From Dimorphilus gyrociliatus (lineage: Eukaryota; Animalia; Annelida), in NCBI GenBank assembly GCA_904063045.1, contig CAJFCJ010000001.1, forward strand, positions 2,294,001 to 2,358,000: DNA of 64,000 bases, read 5' to 3'. The notes beneath the pieces are model-generated. The model was not told the DNA's origin. It was given only the letters and a program-made list of their open reading frames with translations, and made no database searches. This document shows, one piece after another, positions 37,436 through 49,598 of this stretch; positions within the stretch are counted from its first letter, which is position 1; each line of letters starts with the position of its first letter. Both the position numbers and the translations under genes were made by a program.

Positions 37436-39629
37436 TTAAATTAGATGCTTTATTATCATATTTTTTTCTATTTTGCATACTTTGGGATCTGAAGCTATTA
37501 GTTTTGTAAGATAATGTTAAAGCAAATTATAAATGAAATTATCAATGTAAGATGTTAACTAACAATTGATATCCTTAGATAGCCAGTAGTGAATATATTA
37601 TTGTAATTTCATTTGTAATATTCATTATATATCTACTGTATATTAACAACTTTTATGATACTTTCCAAGATATTTTTATCCTGAATCTCTCTATTTATTC
37701 AGTTGGAGAAGATTCCTGAAGACCATTGTAAAATAAAGAAAAGAGGAATTCTCCGTTTTCGGAATACTGTTTTGAATATTAAAGAGACAGATAGATAAAT
37801 AAATAAGGAGCGAGAGAGAGACAGAGAGAGAAAGAGAGAGAGAGAGAACGAAACGGAGTTAAGGATTATAAAATAAAGAGAGTTTTACGACTTGTAAATA
37901 TTATCTTAATAATAAACTTAATTGAAAAGAAAAAAGGAGTATGAAGCACTACAAGAGGAAAGTAACGTTTAAATCTACAAAATATTAATTATTTATTAGT
38001 ACTCCTGTAATTAGATGGTATGGGGTTTCTTTCCTTTGTTTAGCGGATGAGTAGAGAGCCTTGTAGAAAGATTAGAGAAAATATAAAATATGAACAAAAA
38101 ATCGTAGATTAAGGAAAATACCAGATAATCTGTAAAAATCTCAGATTTTAAACGGGTAAAAGAAAGATGACAGGAAAGATACTCTGATTTCAAATGGAAA
38201 GAGAATTCCCTCTAGTAAGGTCAATTGTCATGAGCAAGCGAAACTTGCTCAACGGGGAAGAGTTTCTATCCCTACTATCTATTTATAGTTAAACAGCTGT
38301 AGGAGGTGAAAAATGTCGGAATTTCTTCAAAGTCTGATCACGAATGAGGAATTATCATATAGAGGAAAATTTTACTGTAAATCAATTATTATACAAAAAG
38401 AAAAATCTAGAACACTGAATAATTTCTCTTGCTAAGAATTTGTACAGCAAAATAGAAAGATAGATGAAAAAGGATATTAAAGATAAAACCATTCGGAAGC
38501 AAATAAAATCTAAGACGATAAAACCTAGTAACTGTTAGCTTAGATTGGGGTATAGTTTTGCAAAAGTTGGGGAAATTAAAGATGCAAAATCAATTAAGAA
38601 GGAGCAGTCTTTTTATTTACGAGAAAATAATATTTCTTTCTTTTCAAGATCACAAATCAATTAAAACGTTACGAAGTCATTTTTAACTTAATTGATATTA
38701 ACGAACAGATCATGGATAAAATACTAGAGTGTTCCCCTTTACTAGTTCCACCTTTAAAGGTAAGAAGCAAACGCTTTTAGAGATGCTATTGGCAAAAATA
38801 TAATTTTATACTTGAAGAAGCCACACACAGAACGAATGATCATTAGACAGGGGAACATCGTCTAATTTTTCGTATGCCATTCCTAAACCTCATATTAGGG
38901 GAAAGCCTTAAGCGACAAATCGATCGTTCATCTCCGATAATTTCCACGCTATTTCCGGCGCAACTAGACAAGCCAACTGGTTGCATCGCCATCATGCATA
39001 TCATAACCTAATGGCGTCTGATTTATCGATGATGGGCAAGTTGTGTAGATATTTAGGGATTAGAATAAATCAAATCATTAAACTTAATATCGTACTTTTT
39101 CCATTATGTAAATTATTTGTTATTAATAATAAATTGAAGAATTTGTCCAATTATTAAGTGAACTAATCAATCGTTACTAATTCAATTATGGTTCTTTAAG
39201 CAATTAATAATTCAATATTATTTTTAACGTAAATTAATCTGCTTTGAAAAAAAGCCTCAAGTTAAGTTACTATTTTGATTAAACAATGAAAGAATAAATG
39301 TTATTACGCATTTATTAACCTTTTTTCTTTTATTTCTACTTTATTGTCTTTTTCCTCTTTAGATTACAAATAAACTAAAAAGAGAATTAACATTTCCAAA
39401 TGAAATCTTTAAAATATAATTTTCTTCATTTCTCTTCCTCCCTCCTACTCTTTATACCTTCCTCTATCTCTTTACCTTCCTGCCTTTCTCCCCCTTTCTC
39501 ACTTTGAAATCTTGTTTTTACTCTCTACCTATAAAATTCAAGATGTTCTCGACATTTTCCAAAATACTTCAATTTATTATTATTTACTACTATTCCATCT
39601 CGTTCCTTATTCGTATATTATAATTACAA

Positions 39630-39669
<40 letters not shown>

Positions 39670-41370
39670 CGCTTATATCTTTATGGCATATTCTTTATCT
39701 GATAAGAAAATAAGATGTTATAGAGGATTCGAGAATGGCAGTACGGAAGGTAAATAAAGAGATGGATGGTTGGAGAAAGAGAGGAACGAAAATGGTTGAG
39801 GAAGAAAGAGATGATAACTGATATTTATTATCTGTTTAATGCGAAAGAAAAAACTTTAATCAATTTATTTTTGTCTTATTTCACTTTATTTTGTAATTTA
39901 GAAAAGTGTTGCTATTTTCTTCAGTTTGTTCTTTTCGTATATATGAAACCACTTCGTGTTGTATTTTGGTGTTGTTTTAGCGTTTCTTTTAATATTTTCT
40001 TTGTGTATTAAAAATCTGATTTGGGGAGGATATTTTATATTAAATAATATTAAATCTATTTATCTTTTCTTTTTAACAGGAAATGCTCACTCTCTTTCTT
40101 TCTTTCTCTTGATAATCATACCTAAGCGCCATCTATTGTATTTTTTGATATATTTTGCAATCACTTTATCATTTCCCCCCCTCCCCTCCCCCCTTTCTAC
40201 TCACTCTCCCTCTCTCTGTCTCAAAATACCTGCCCTCTCCCCCTTCCATCACTCTTCCTCTCAATCTAATTAAGGACAGAAGTTTAGACGTTGAAAGACA
40301 AAAAAAATTATTGATATATCGACTTTTTGAAATAAATTAATTATAATCGATTGTAAGTTGTTATTTATTAAAATATAGACAGTTCTTTAGAATTGTCTTT
40401 TGAAAAACAATAAAATAAATTTGTTAATGTACTCCCATTAGCTAATCTAATAAAATAGCACAAATCACTATGATACAACTAACAGCCATCAAAAATTTGA
40501 ATACGAAAGCAATTAGCTTGTACGGTCTATTATTATTAAAATAAATATTTAAATTGAAAAAATTGCAGTAGATGGCCACTGCAATTATATATATCACGTA
40601 TTTTTTTATAAGAATCCGCAAAGAGATAAGAGTGTTATATATGAAGGAGAAAGAAGAAAAAGTATTATAACTTTAGTGCAAGAAGAAGAGAAAAAAGAAG
40701 AAGAAAACATAAGAGGAATTGGGAAATTTTCTTCACAAATCCAATTATCTTTGATATATATTTTTCTCTCTTCTTTCTATTTATCTTTTTACTCTGCATA
40801 ACGTAATATACCAGCATTAAATTTATAGATATGGTGACCCTACAATAAATCTATTTAAAATGATTTAGCATTTAAGAAAAAAATAAGGGGCAGAGACTTT
40901 TCAATAGAGTCGTTTAGTTCCTTCTCTGCTTTCTTTCTATGCTTGTATTGACTAAAATATATAAAAGTTTAGGTAAAGTAATTAATGGAGAGAGAGATCA
41001 ATTAACGAAGAGCCTCTCTTCTTTGGTTTAATTATCAAAGAGAAAGAAAGAAAAAAGTTGTAATCATAAAACGAATATTTCTTTTTTTAATTTTAGAATT
41101 AAATGCTTTACGATAAATTTATTGTTACTTTAAATACAATTGTTTTAATCAGGGTCAAGGTTAACGGATGAATATTTAATAATCATACAATAAAACTTAA
41201 TAATAAAACGGGGGTACTATGGGGAGGAGAGAGAGAGAGAGAGAGACGGGAACAAGAGGGAGTGTTTTTTTGTTTGTTTTGAATAGACACAAAAGAACTA
41301 CCAGTATTTATCAAGTATAGAAAAACCATTCAATTAAGAATGATTTTCTATTTAATATTGTTTTGATCAA

Positions 41371-42378
41371 TTAAATGTGTTTTTTTAGTTTAATGGATTT
41401 AAATAACTCGAAAAGCTCCTGTCGAAAATGTTTGCCCGAAATACAATAAAATATAAAATTTAGACCATGATTCAATGATTTACAGTTGTCGCATAGCACT
41501 GAAATCATTATATCTGTCCAAGATCCAATAACCTTTTGAAATACTAATGTAAGGGTTAATTGCGTTGGGAATGTAAAGATAAAGTATGCCATACTTAAAA
41601 CACATAGAATTATTGCAAGGTTGGTGTTTGTCTTAAAATTTTGCAGTTTAGAACCTTCGCTAAGATTTCCTCGAATCTTTGCGTATCTTCTAAGAAGAAC
41701 AATAATTGAAGTGTTAAACACAATTAAACATGTCCAAGGTACAATACTTATTATAGCCAAATCAGAATATGAGTAATCTGCCATAATCTTTTGAAATGAA
41801 GGCTTTATAAGGCACAGTTTCCATTGAACTGGAGAAATTTGGGCACCATTAATACCTACAGTCGTTGGAACGCTATATATTGCGGAGATCGATAATATTA
41901 GTAGAAGGGATATCCAAAATGCTCTATTCGTGTTGAAGGTTTTAATTTTTGTCGGATATGCAATGCATATGAATCTGTCAAATGTAACTGCAACCATTAA
42001 GTAAGCTGACCAAAAACCAGCAAGATAGATGAATATGTAACGTGCCTTGCAGAAAACCCTATATAATATAGCATTACTGACTTTATCGTAGTAAAAAGGC
42101 AAGATACCATCGATTATAATGCCAATAAGGGCAATGGAATCTGTAATGCTTAATGCAGCTAGGTATTTATACATCATTGTACACCTAAGCTTCTTTCTTA
42201 TGCAAACGAAAAATACTAAAAGATTTAGGTTCAAGCCCAATATACTAATTGGAAAACCAATTGTTGTATAAGCCCAATTGATAAGCCATAAAACGTTCTC
42301 TTCAGGTAAGAAATTAGCAAAAGGATGTAAAATGATAGTTTTATTTGAATGAAATAAAGTTTCGTTATAATCCTCCAT
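41371..42378 (-). CDS. Class A GPCR, FMRFamide/peptide-receptor-like orphan (intronless, 335 aa)
   Basis: Seven hydrophobic segments, YLAALSITD (TM2), AVTFDRFICIAYP (TM3), NHGLNFIFYCISG (TM7). Confidence 0.85.
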   Translation of the reverse strand: MEDYNETLFHSNKTIILHPFANFLPEENVLWLINWAYTTIGFPISILGLNLNLLVFFVCIRKKLRCTMMYKYLAALSITDSIALIGIIIDGILPFYYDKVSNAILYRVFCKARYIFIYLAGFWSAYLMVAVTFDRFICIAYPTKIKTFNTNRAFWISLLLILSISAIYSVPTTVGINGAQISPVQWKLCLIKPSFQKIMADYSYSDLAIISIVPWTCLIVFNTSIIVLLRRYAKIRGNLSEGSKLQNFKTNTNLAIILCVLSMAYFIFTFPTQLTLTLVFQKVIGSWTDIMISVLCDNCKSLNHGLNFIFYCISGKHFRQELFELFKSIKLKKHI

Positions 42379-43597
42379 TAACAGATTAATTCAATAGTTA
42401 CCGCTATACTGTGCTAATAGGAAACATTTCTATCCAAAGACGCTTATATATTATTAATTATAGACATTTTGGAGTACTAAGCAGTTCAGTTGGTTAATAT
42501 ATTGTTCTATGTTACAATAGACACCAAATGCCTAGTTCAAAATACACATGTCAAGTAAAAGAAAAATGTTACGCTTGTCAATTAAACAAACTATGATCTT
42601 GCCTTTTGATAAGAGCCTAATTAGTACTCAGTGTACAGTCTTTTTAAGTTTTTACATACAATTAGTCATTTCAGAGAAATTCTTTCTACAGTACAGTAGT
42701 AAACTTTATCCGTTGTACTCTATATAGGCTTTTATGATGCATATAACTTACTAAAATCAATATTGACCGTTTGGTGGCGCTCTTAACAAAAGAACAGTGC
42801 AGACAACAGATCCCTGGACCAAATCGGTTTCTCTTCCTCACCCGGCAACCAAACAAGAATACTTTTTTTACTGAAGTTTAATTAACCTCCTCTTCTATAC
42901 TTGTATATTATAGCAGAATAAATGAAGATAATTGCATTCGCCAAAGGGATAATTAAGAGATGGAAAATTCTGAATAGGTATAGTATTGAGTATATTTAAG
43001 GGCCATAAGTAACGAAACTATTCCTTAATCGATCATTAATTTTAATTATCTAGGTTTATAAGATATCGTTGTTAAATTGTAAAGAGACGCTTTAGAATGA
43101 TTTGTATTTTATAAAAAAGAAAGCTAGCTAACAGGACGAATGAAAGAGTATTGAAAGCTTTAGAATATTTATACGTAAAATCCAGTAACGTTCTATTTAT
43201 AGAGATATTTCTTTCATAATAATAATAATAATAATAAGAAAAGGGGTCTATATTTTACCTTTTAAAAAATAGCCAGCTATTTATATACAATTCATTCAAT
43301 AATTTGCCTATATAATTTAGTCTTTTTGAGGTTTTCCTATCTGCATTAACTTAGAAAGACTTTGAATGGACAACGAAGAGAGAGAGAGAGAGAGAGAGAG
43401 CGGGAGGGGACGGGGGCTATTTTAATAACGCTAATGGATTAATACACTTGTTCTTGGGTAAAGACTCTTCCATATACTGTAGTATTAATAAATCACATAT
43501 ACGTTCAATGAATAACAAAGAAAGTATTTCAATAAGTAAAGTTTCTTATATGTTTATACTTTGCTTTATTTTGTCATTTACAGAAATATATGTAAAT

Positions 43598-44751
43598 ATG
43601 ACACTTTTGACAGGTGACTCCAATAATAATCCAGTTATGCTTACTAATAACGCCAATCAAGCACATGACGACGGTGGCTTAATAGTTTTGGACAAGTTGA
43701 CATCGGTAATAGGAACTAAAAGGAGAAAAATGCACGAATGCGCCTTCTGCTTGTATAGAACGCCGAAAAAAAATGATCTGCAAAGGCATACAATGGCTGT
43801 GCATTTTGCAGAGAAATCATTCAAATGCGATACCTGCAATGTGTGTTATACTTAGACAACTCTTAAATAATATTCTTTATTTGATTTTATCTATTTCTTT
43901 TTTGTATATTATAGAAAGGTTTCTCTTGGAAGAGAGATTTAAAGCGTCATATATCCGATGTTCACCTTAAACTAAAACCTTTTACTTGTGATAAATGTGG
44001 TGTAAGTTGATCAATAATTTAATCCACTTGGTAAAGTAATTAATCTTGCTTTCACTCTTCACCCTAAACAGAAAAGCTTTGCTCAAAAATCCAAGTTAAA
44101 GGCTCATATTTCAAGTTTTCACGAAGGGAATCGTCCTTACAAATGTGAAACATGTAATGTAAGAAATTTTCAACTTTAACTTCTTGCCTACTTATTCCCT
44201 TCATTCCTTGTAAAGAAAACTATTTAATCAACATAAATATAACCTCCTTTAGAATAGTAGATGGCACTAGTATAATTGCTGATCACAAAGATTTAAGAAA
44301 ATTTAAATAAATAAAATCTTTGCAGATAGCATTCTCTTTGAAAAAAGATCTAAATCGTCATATTTCTGGAGTTCATATGAACATAAGACCATTCAAGTGT
44401 GACGTTTGTCAGGTTTGTATCCAAAGTTCACTTTTAAATATTAATTATAGCGTTACTTTTCTATATACATATAAAAAAAAACAGAAGTCATTCGGTCGAA
44501 AGATTCATCTTGAACGCCATACATCCAGTATTCATCTCAATAGAAGACCATTCAAATGCGAACTTTGCGGTGTAAGTTAATTGATTTTCTTTAGTAATCT
44601 CCCGTTAACGTTTTAACAAGGTTAACTTTAGGTGAAGAAACACCTTATTTGCAGATAATAAATCTATCTTTGTGTTTTTTTTTAACAGAGATGCTTCGCT
44701 CAAAAATATCATTTAAAAAGTCATACATCTCGTGTACATTTAAAGAGTTAA
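43598..44751 (+). CDS. C2H2 zinc-finger protein, 6 fingers; exons 43598-43840, 43915-44001, 44072-44158, 44326-44412, 44485-44571, 44689-44751
   Basis: Six C-x2-C...F...L..H-x4-H fingers with KPF/RPY/RPF linkers assemble through phase-0 GT-AG introns. Confidence 0.88.
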
Positions 44752-45887
44752 TTGCCATAGACTCTTCAACGATAATCAACTTTATCTTCCCTCTCTTCTT
44801 AAAATTATAACTAGAATGGAAAAATGTTTCATAGACAAAATCATTAAGATACTTTTGATAAATCTGCAGAACAATAGAAGGATAATACTGATAATGAATT
44901 AGTATCATTTTTATTCATTCCTTATTAAAGCAAAATAACATATGTAACATAAAATTCATTTGTTTTGTTCTCTAACGAAAATCGATTTAATGCAGATTGC
45001 CTCATTTTTCCTTTTTAATTGAAATAAACAAGCAAATACAGATTTTATTAAGGTTTTTCCTTAATTATTCATAAATTTCTATGATTTATTATTGAATAAA
45101 TTGTCGTTTTTGTTAAGATAATCTTTGGAAATTTTGTGTTCATAAACAAATAAACAGTATTTTACAATATACAGTATATATATAATCTTGTATTAATAAT
45201 ACTATGTAATTGTTAAAAATTAAGTAAAAATTATATACAGTGTTACAAAAGCGTTAAAAACTCAATGCAATCTGTAAGTTTGCTGGTGTAAATACACTTA
45301 CCAGATTAATCTGGAACGGGGTATCAGTCATTTTTTTCAATGATGTTGAAAGCAACGAACGGTTCAAGGTCATGGATGGTAAATTTAAGTCGCACAGAAT
45401 TTTTATATTATTATATCTATTGTTATTCTTATTATTTTAAAGGAAATTATTACAAAAGTAATCAAAAGTAAATTATTTATCAATTTTTTAGAATAAATTA
45501 AAGACTGACATTGAAAATTAACATTGGCAATGGAGTTGAAAATTTTTCCATGGAACAACAGCAGATGAATTGTTATTCAGGTTAACGACCTAACAAAAAG
45601 GTACTCTCCTGAAATAATAGAGAGGAATATCCTATTTAACTAATATCTTAGTATTCTAACTAAATTTGTAATAATTATATTTACATATTATAATATATTC
45701 AGTATAACAATAATTTGTTTTTTATCAACATCGTTATGTCTATCTCATATAACTTGTTACCAACTTTAATAAGCTATTGTAATTAACGAACAGTTTAAAA
45801 CTTTCAGCATGATTCAACAAAAAATTAGCTATTTAATCAGGGAAGGGTAACACACAAATATCAAACAACTTTGGACACACGGCAACT

Positions 45888-47353
45888 ATGGTTAACGATA
45901 AAGGAGAAAAGAGTGTATTTTACTTATCTTCACATTCCCAGTCCGAAAAAATGATGGATAAAGAAAATTTAACTGATGAAAGTGTAAAATTTGAAAAAAA
46001 TCCTATCCAAGAACCAAAAACTCTTAAAAAAGAGGAATTAAAGATTTGGAAATTCCATCCTATAGTCATATTGATTTCAGCTACTATTATCGAATCTATA
46101 AGTTCCTGCATGTTCTCTGCTTATGGTATTCTAATGCTAGCTATTGTTGACGCTACTGGAGAGAGAACTGGCTATATATCTTGGTTTGGGGGTATAGCGG
46201 GTTTTTCAATGGGGGTTTCTTCAGTATTAGTTGGAACTCTAATCGAGGTGCTGGGTTGCAGAGTTGTTATTGCTATTGGCGCATTAATATTCGTTGCTGG
46301 ACATGTCTTTTGCGCTTTTACTAGCAATACACTGATGCTCATAATTGTACTAGGCTTAAGTCAAGGACTAGGAACTTCTTGCTTATATATCACACCTTAC
46401 GTCATAGTAGCCCAGTGGTTTGATAGAAAGAGATCTGTTGCCTTGTCAGTTGTCTCTTTTGGTATGGGATTCGGTATGTTAGCTTGGAGCCCTATAGCCG
46501 CTTTTTTCATAGATATGTACTTCTGGAGAGGTGCACTATTAATTATTGCAGGGATTTTTTTGAATGGTATGGTTTTAGGACTCTTGCTCATTCAACCTCC
46601 AAGTACAAAGCCCAAAAAGATGTTGGATGCGAAACAGGGTTTCATTAAATTGTTTGATAGGAGATTGCTGAGAAATAAAGAATTTATTTTCGTAATGTTT
46701 GCCTTTTTGTTTGTATTTTTTGGACATAATTCTATATACGCATTCTTACCCAAAAGAACTGCTGATTTTGGAACATCTAGAGTTCAAGCATCCCTTACAA
46801 TTACTTTTGCTAATATTGTATCGTGTATTTGTAGATTGTTGATAGGTTTTTTGACAGAACTAAAATACTTTGACAAAATGGTCATGTTTATATTATCGAT
46901 ATTTGTGGCCGGTGTATCAACCATAATGACCATATTTGTTGAAAATTTCATAGGGATTTCACTATATGCTGCAGGATTTGGATGTGCTACAGGTATTCTT
47001 CTCCAGATACATATATTTTGTCAACTAACTTAATTATTTACCAACCATCCTTCTTTGCAGGAGTTTATATTGCTATGAATATTCCAGTTTTAATAAAATT
47101 ATGCGGAACGGAATTTGTTTCCCAAACAACCGGATGGAATATGTTTATTGCGGGTCTTGCATTAACAACCGCAAGAACAATAAGTGGTTGGATGTACGAC
47201 ATAACAAATGATTCCTCAGTATGTTTCGTATTGGCTGGATGTACACTAATATTCGGAAGTATTTTGCTATCTATTGTATGGATTAATCGGAGATTTTTTA
47301 AAGAGAAGAAAGAACTTATTATATCTTCTACAGTCGTCTCGAAGATAATTTAA
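45888..47353 (+). CDS. MFS monocarboxylate-transporter-like (SLC16) paralog 1; intron 46993-47060
   Basis: Twelve-TM MFS pattern with QWFDRKRSVAL, YFWRGALLI and GWMYDIT motifs. Confidence 0.88.
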
Positions 47354-47809
47354 TGCACTTAAAGTACAATTCTTATTGTCTTTTTCTCTCGTTCAATCTC
47401 TTATACTCTAGGGAAAAGATTTCCTTTTATATTTCTTACCCTATTTATCATGTGCATATCAATAACTTTTTCTATCAAAGAAATCTATTTATTTCTCTAT
47501 TCTGAGTTAAAAGTTTATCTTCCAAGTTGGTGTTTTTTAATAAATTTCAGTTTCCAATTGTTCAATATTCGTTTCTTCTTTTTGAAATTAATTATTCAAA
47601 TATCATTCGTCGGTGTTAGAAAATTTTTATACCGCATTAAAAAGAGAGATAGAAATTTTAAAGCAATTTATATGTAATACTACAAGGATTTTTATTGATA
47701 GTTACTAGATATTTGCATAATTTATGAATACTTCCGCTTGTTGAAGGTTCAATATGAAGGACATTCAGATAAATATATTTGACTGTAGAGAAGCAAAGAT
47801 ATTTTTGAG

Positions 47810-49186
47810 ATGAGTAGTAAAGTTTTTGTTTTAAGTAAGGATAATGGAATGAAAATACCTGAAGACAAATTAATTAGAGTAGATGAAAATGTTAAGAGGT
47901 ACGCTTATGTAATTCTTGTATTATCGTTTACCTTACAAGCCCTGAGTGGTTGTATGTTTTCGACTTATGGTGTCCTATTGGTTAATATTGCGGACTCAAC
48001 CGAAGTCAATACTGGTTTTATTTCTTGGTTTGGAGGCATAGCTAGTCTTAGCTTAGGTTTATCATCAGTGTCTACTGGGATTATGATTGATCTTTTCGGT
48101 AGTAAAATAACAGTGTTCATTGGAGCTATAATTTTCCTTTTGGGACATGTTGTTTGTGCGTTTGTTAATAATTTGTATGTTGTGATTATTATCCTAGGTC
48201 TTAGCCAAGGATACGGAACGTCTGCATTTCAGGTTACTTCTTTCATAATAACAACAAGATGGTTTACTAAGAGAAGATCATTTGCACTATCATTCCTTGC
48301 CGGAGGTTTGGGATTGGGTATGCTCTCATGGGGCCCATTAGCTGCCTATCTTGCAGATATATACGGCTGGAGGGGAACTTTACTCTTACTTGGTGCTATA
48401 TTTTCAAATGGTGCTTTTTTGGCTATGTTATTAAAAGAACCAAGGGAAACGCTTAAAACCAATGCGCTTAGTATAAAACAAACAATCTTGAAGCTCTTCA
48501 ATAAAGAACTAACTAGAAGTCTTCTGTTTTTTACGTATATTTCAGTTATAGGTTTTGTTCATTTTAGCTACAACGTTCTTATTGCATTATTACCAAGAAA
48601 GATTGTTGACATGGGTGGTTCGAATCTATTAGGCGGTTTAATGATAACTATAGTAACCGGATCATCGACAGTTTTAAGATTTATTGTTGGAGTGTGTGCG
48701 GACAAACCTTATTTTAATACCCTATTTATATATCTAACATCAGTACTTGTTGCTGGAATATCATCAATTTGTACAATGTTTATACCGAATGTATTTGGTT
48801 TTATAGTTTTTGCTGTTATTTTTGGTTCATCATCCGGTAAAATTCAATATTTCTTAATTCCGCTAAAAGGTTATAAGTTTATTAATAATTTATTTTTTTT
48901 ATTAGGTATATTCATTGCTTTAAATATTCCATTACCCATACAAATATTCGGTGTAAAATGGGTGTCGCATGTTACGTCATGGAATATACTTGTTATTGGA
49001 CTCTTCTCATCAGTTTCACGAACGTTAAGTGGCCGTATATACGACTTAACAAATAATGCTACTATATGTTTTGTATTTAGTGGATTTGTACAAATTGTTG
49101 CTGCTGTCTTAATACTTATAGTAATTATATTAATTAGAAAGAAAAAAAATATGAATAACGTTATTAATGACAGGCCTTTAGAATGA
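47810..49186 (+). CDS. SLC16-like paralog 2; probable in-frame intron 48837-48905
   Basis: RWFTKRRSFAL, YGWRGTLL and GRIYDLT motifs. A GT-AG intron sits at the same codon position as in paralog 1. Confidence 0.88.
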   Translation: MSSKVFVLSKDNGMKIPEDKLIRVDENVKRYAYVILVLSFTLQALSGCMFSTYGVLLVNIADSTEVNTGFISWFGGIASLSLGLSSVSTGIMIDLFGSKITVFIGAIIFLLGHVVCAFVNNLYVVIIILGLSQGYGTSAFQVTSFIITTRWFTKRRSFALSFLAGGLGLGMLSWGPLAAYLADIYGWRGTLLLLGAIFSNGAFLAMLLKEPRETLKTNALSIKQTILKLFNKELTRSLLFFTYISVIGFVHFSYNVLIALLPRKIVDMGGSNLLGGLMITIVTGSSTVLRFIVGVCADKPYFNTLFIYLTSVLVAGISSICTMFIPNVFGFIVFAVIFGSSSGKIQYFLIPLKGYKFINNLFFLLGIFIALNIPLPIQIFGVKWVSHVTSWNILVIGLFSSVSRTLSGRIYDLTNNATICFVFSGFVQIVAAVLILIVIILIRKKKNMNNVINDRPLE

Positions 49187-49598
49187 TATCAGTATTAAAG
49201 AGCAAAATATTATATATTCTTCGATTAATAAATTATACTAAAATTGTACGAAAAACCTGTCACTTGGCCGGATAAAATGTTAATAATTTGTAAATTTTAC
49301 GTAATTTAAATCAAACAATTAGAATTTGATGGAGTATCTAAATATTAACTTTCAAACATTGGGTAATTTATATTATTTAAAGATTAAATTATGTTAACAA
49401 GTAGGTATCTTGATAAAAAAGGAAATTGATATAAAAAGATTAATCATTTAAGACTCTGTAGTCGAACTGAAAAAATTGATTACAATTAGAAATTTAAAGA
49501 GTACTTTGGATTATTTTTTTTTAGAGATAAGGAGATAGAATAATAAAAAAAGTTAAATTAAAAAACTGGTGGAAAAGGTGGAAAAGAGGATAAAAATT

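Noticed and set aside
38231-38251. Perfect hairpin TGAGCAAG-CGAAA-CTTGCTCA, superficially like a hammerhead or terminator
   Set aside because: There is no CUGAUGA core and no additional stems. A single 8-bp stem is expected by chance.
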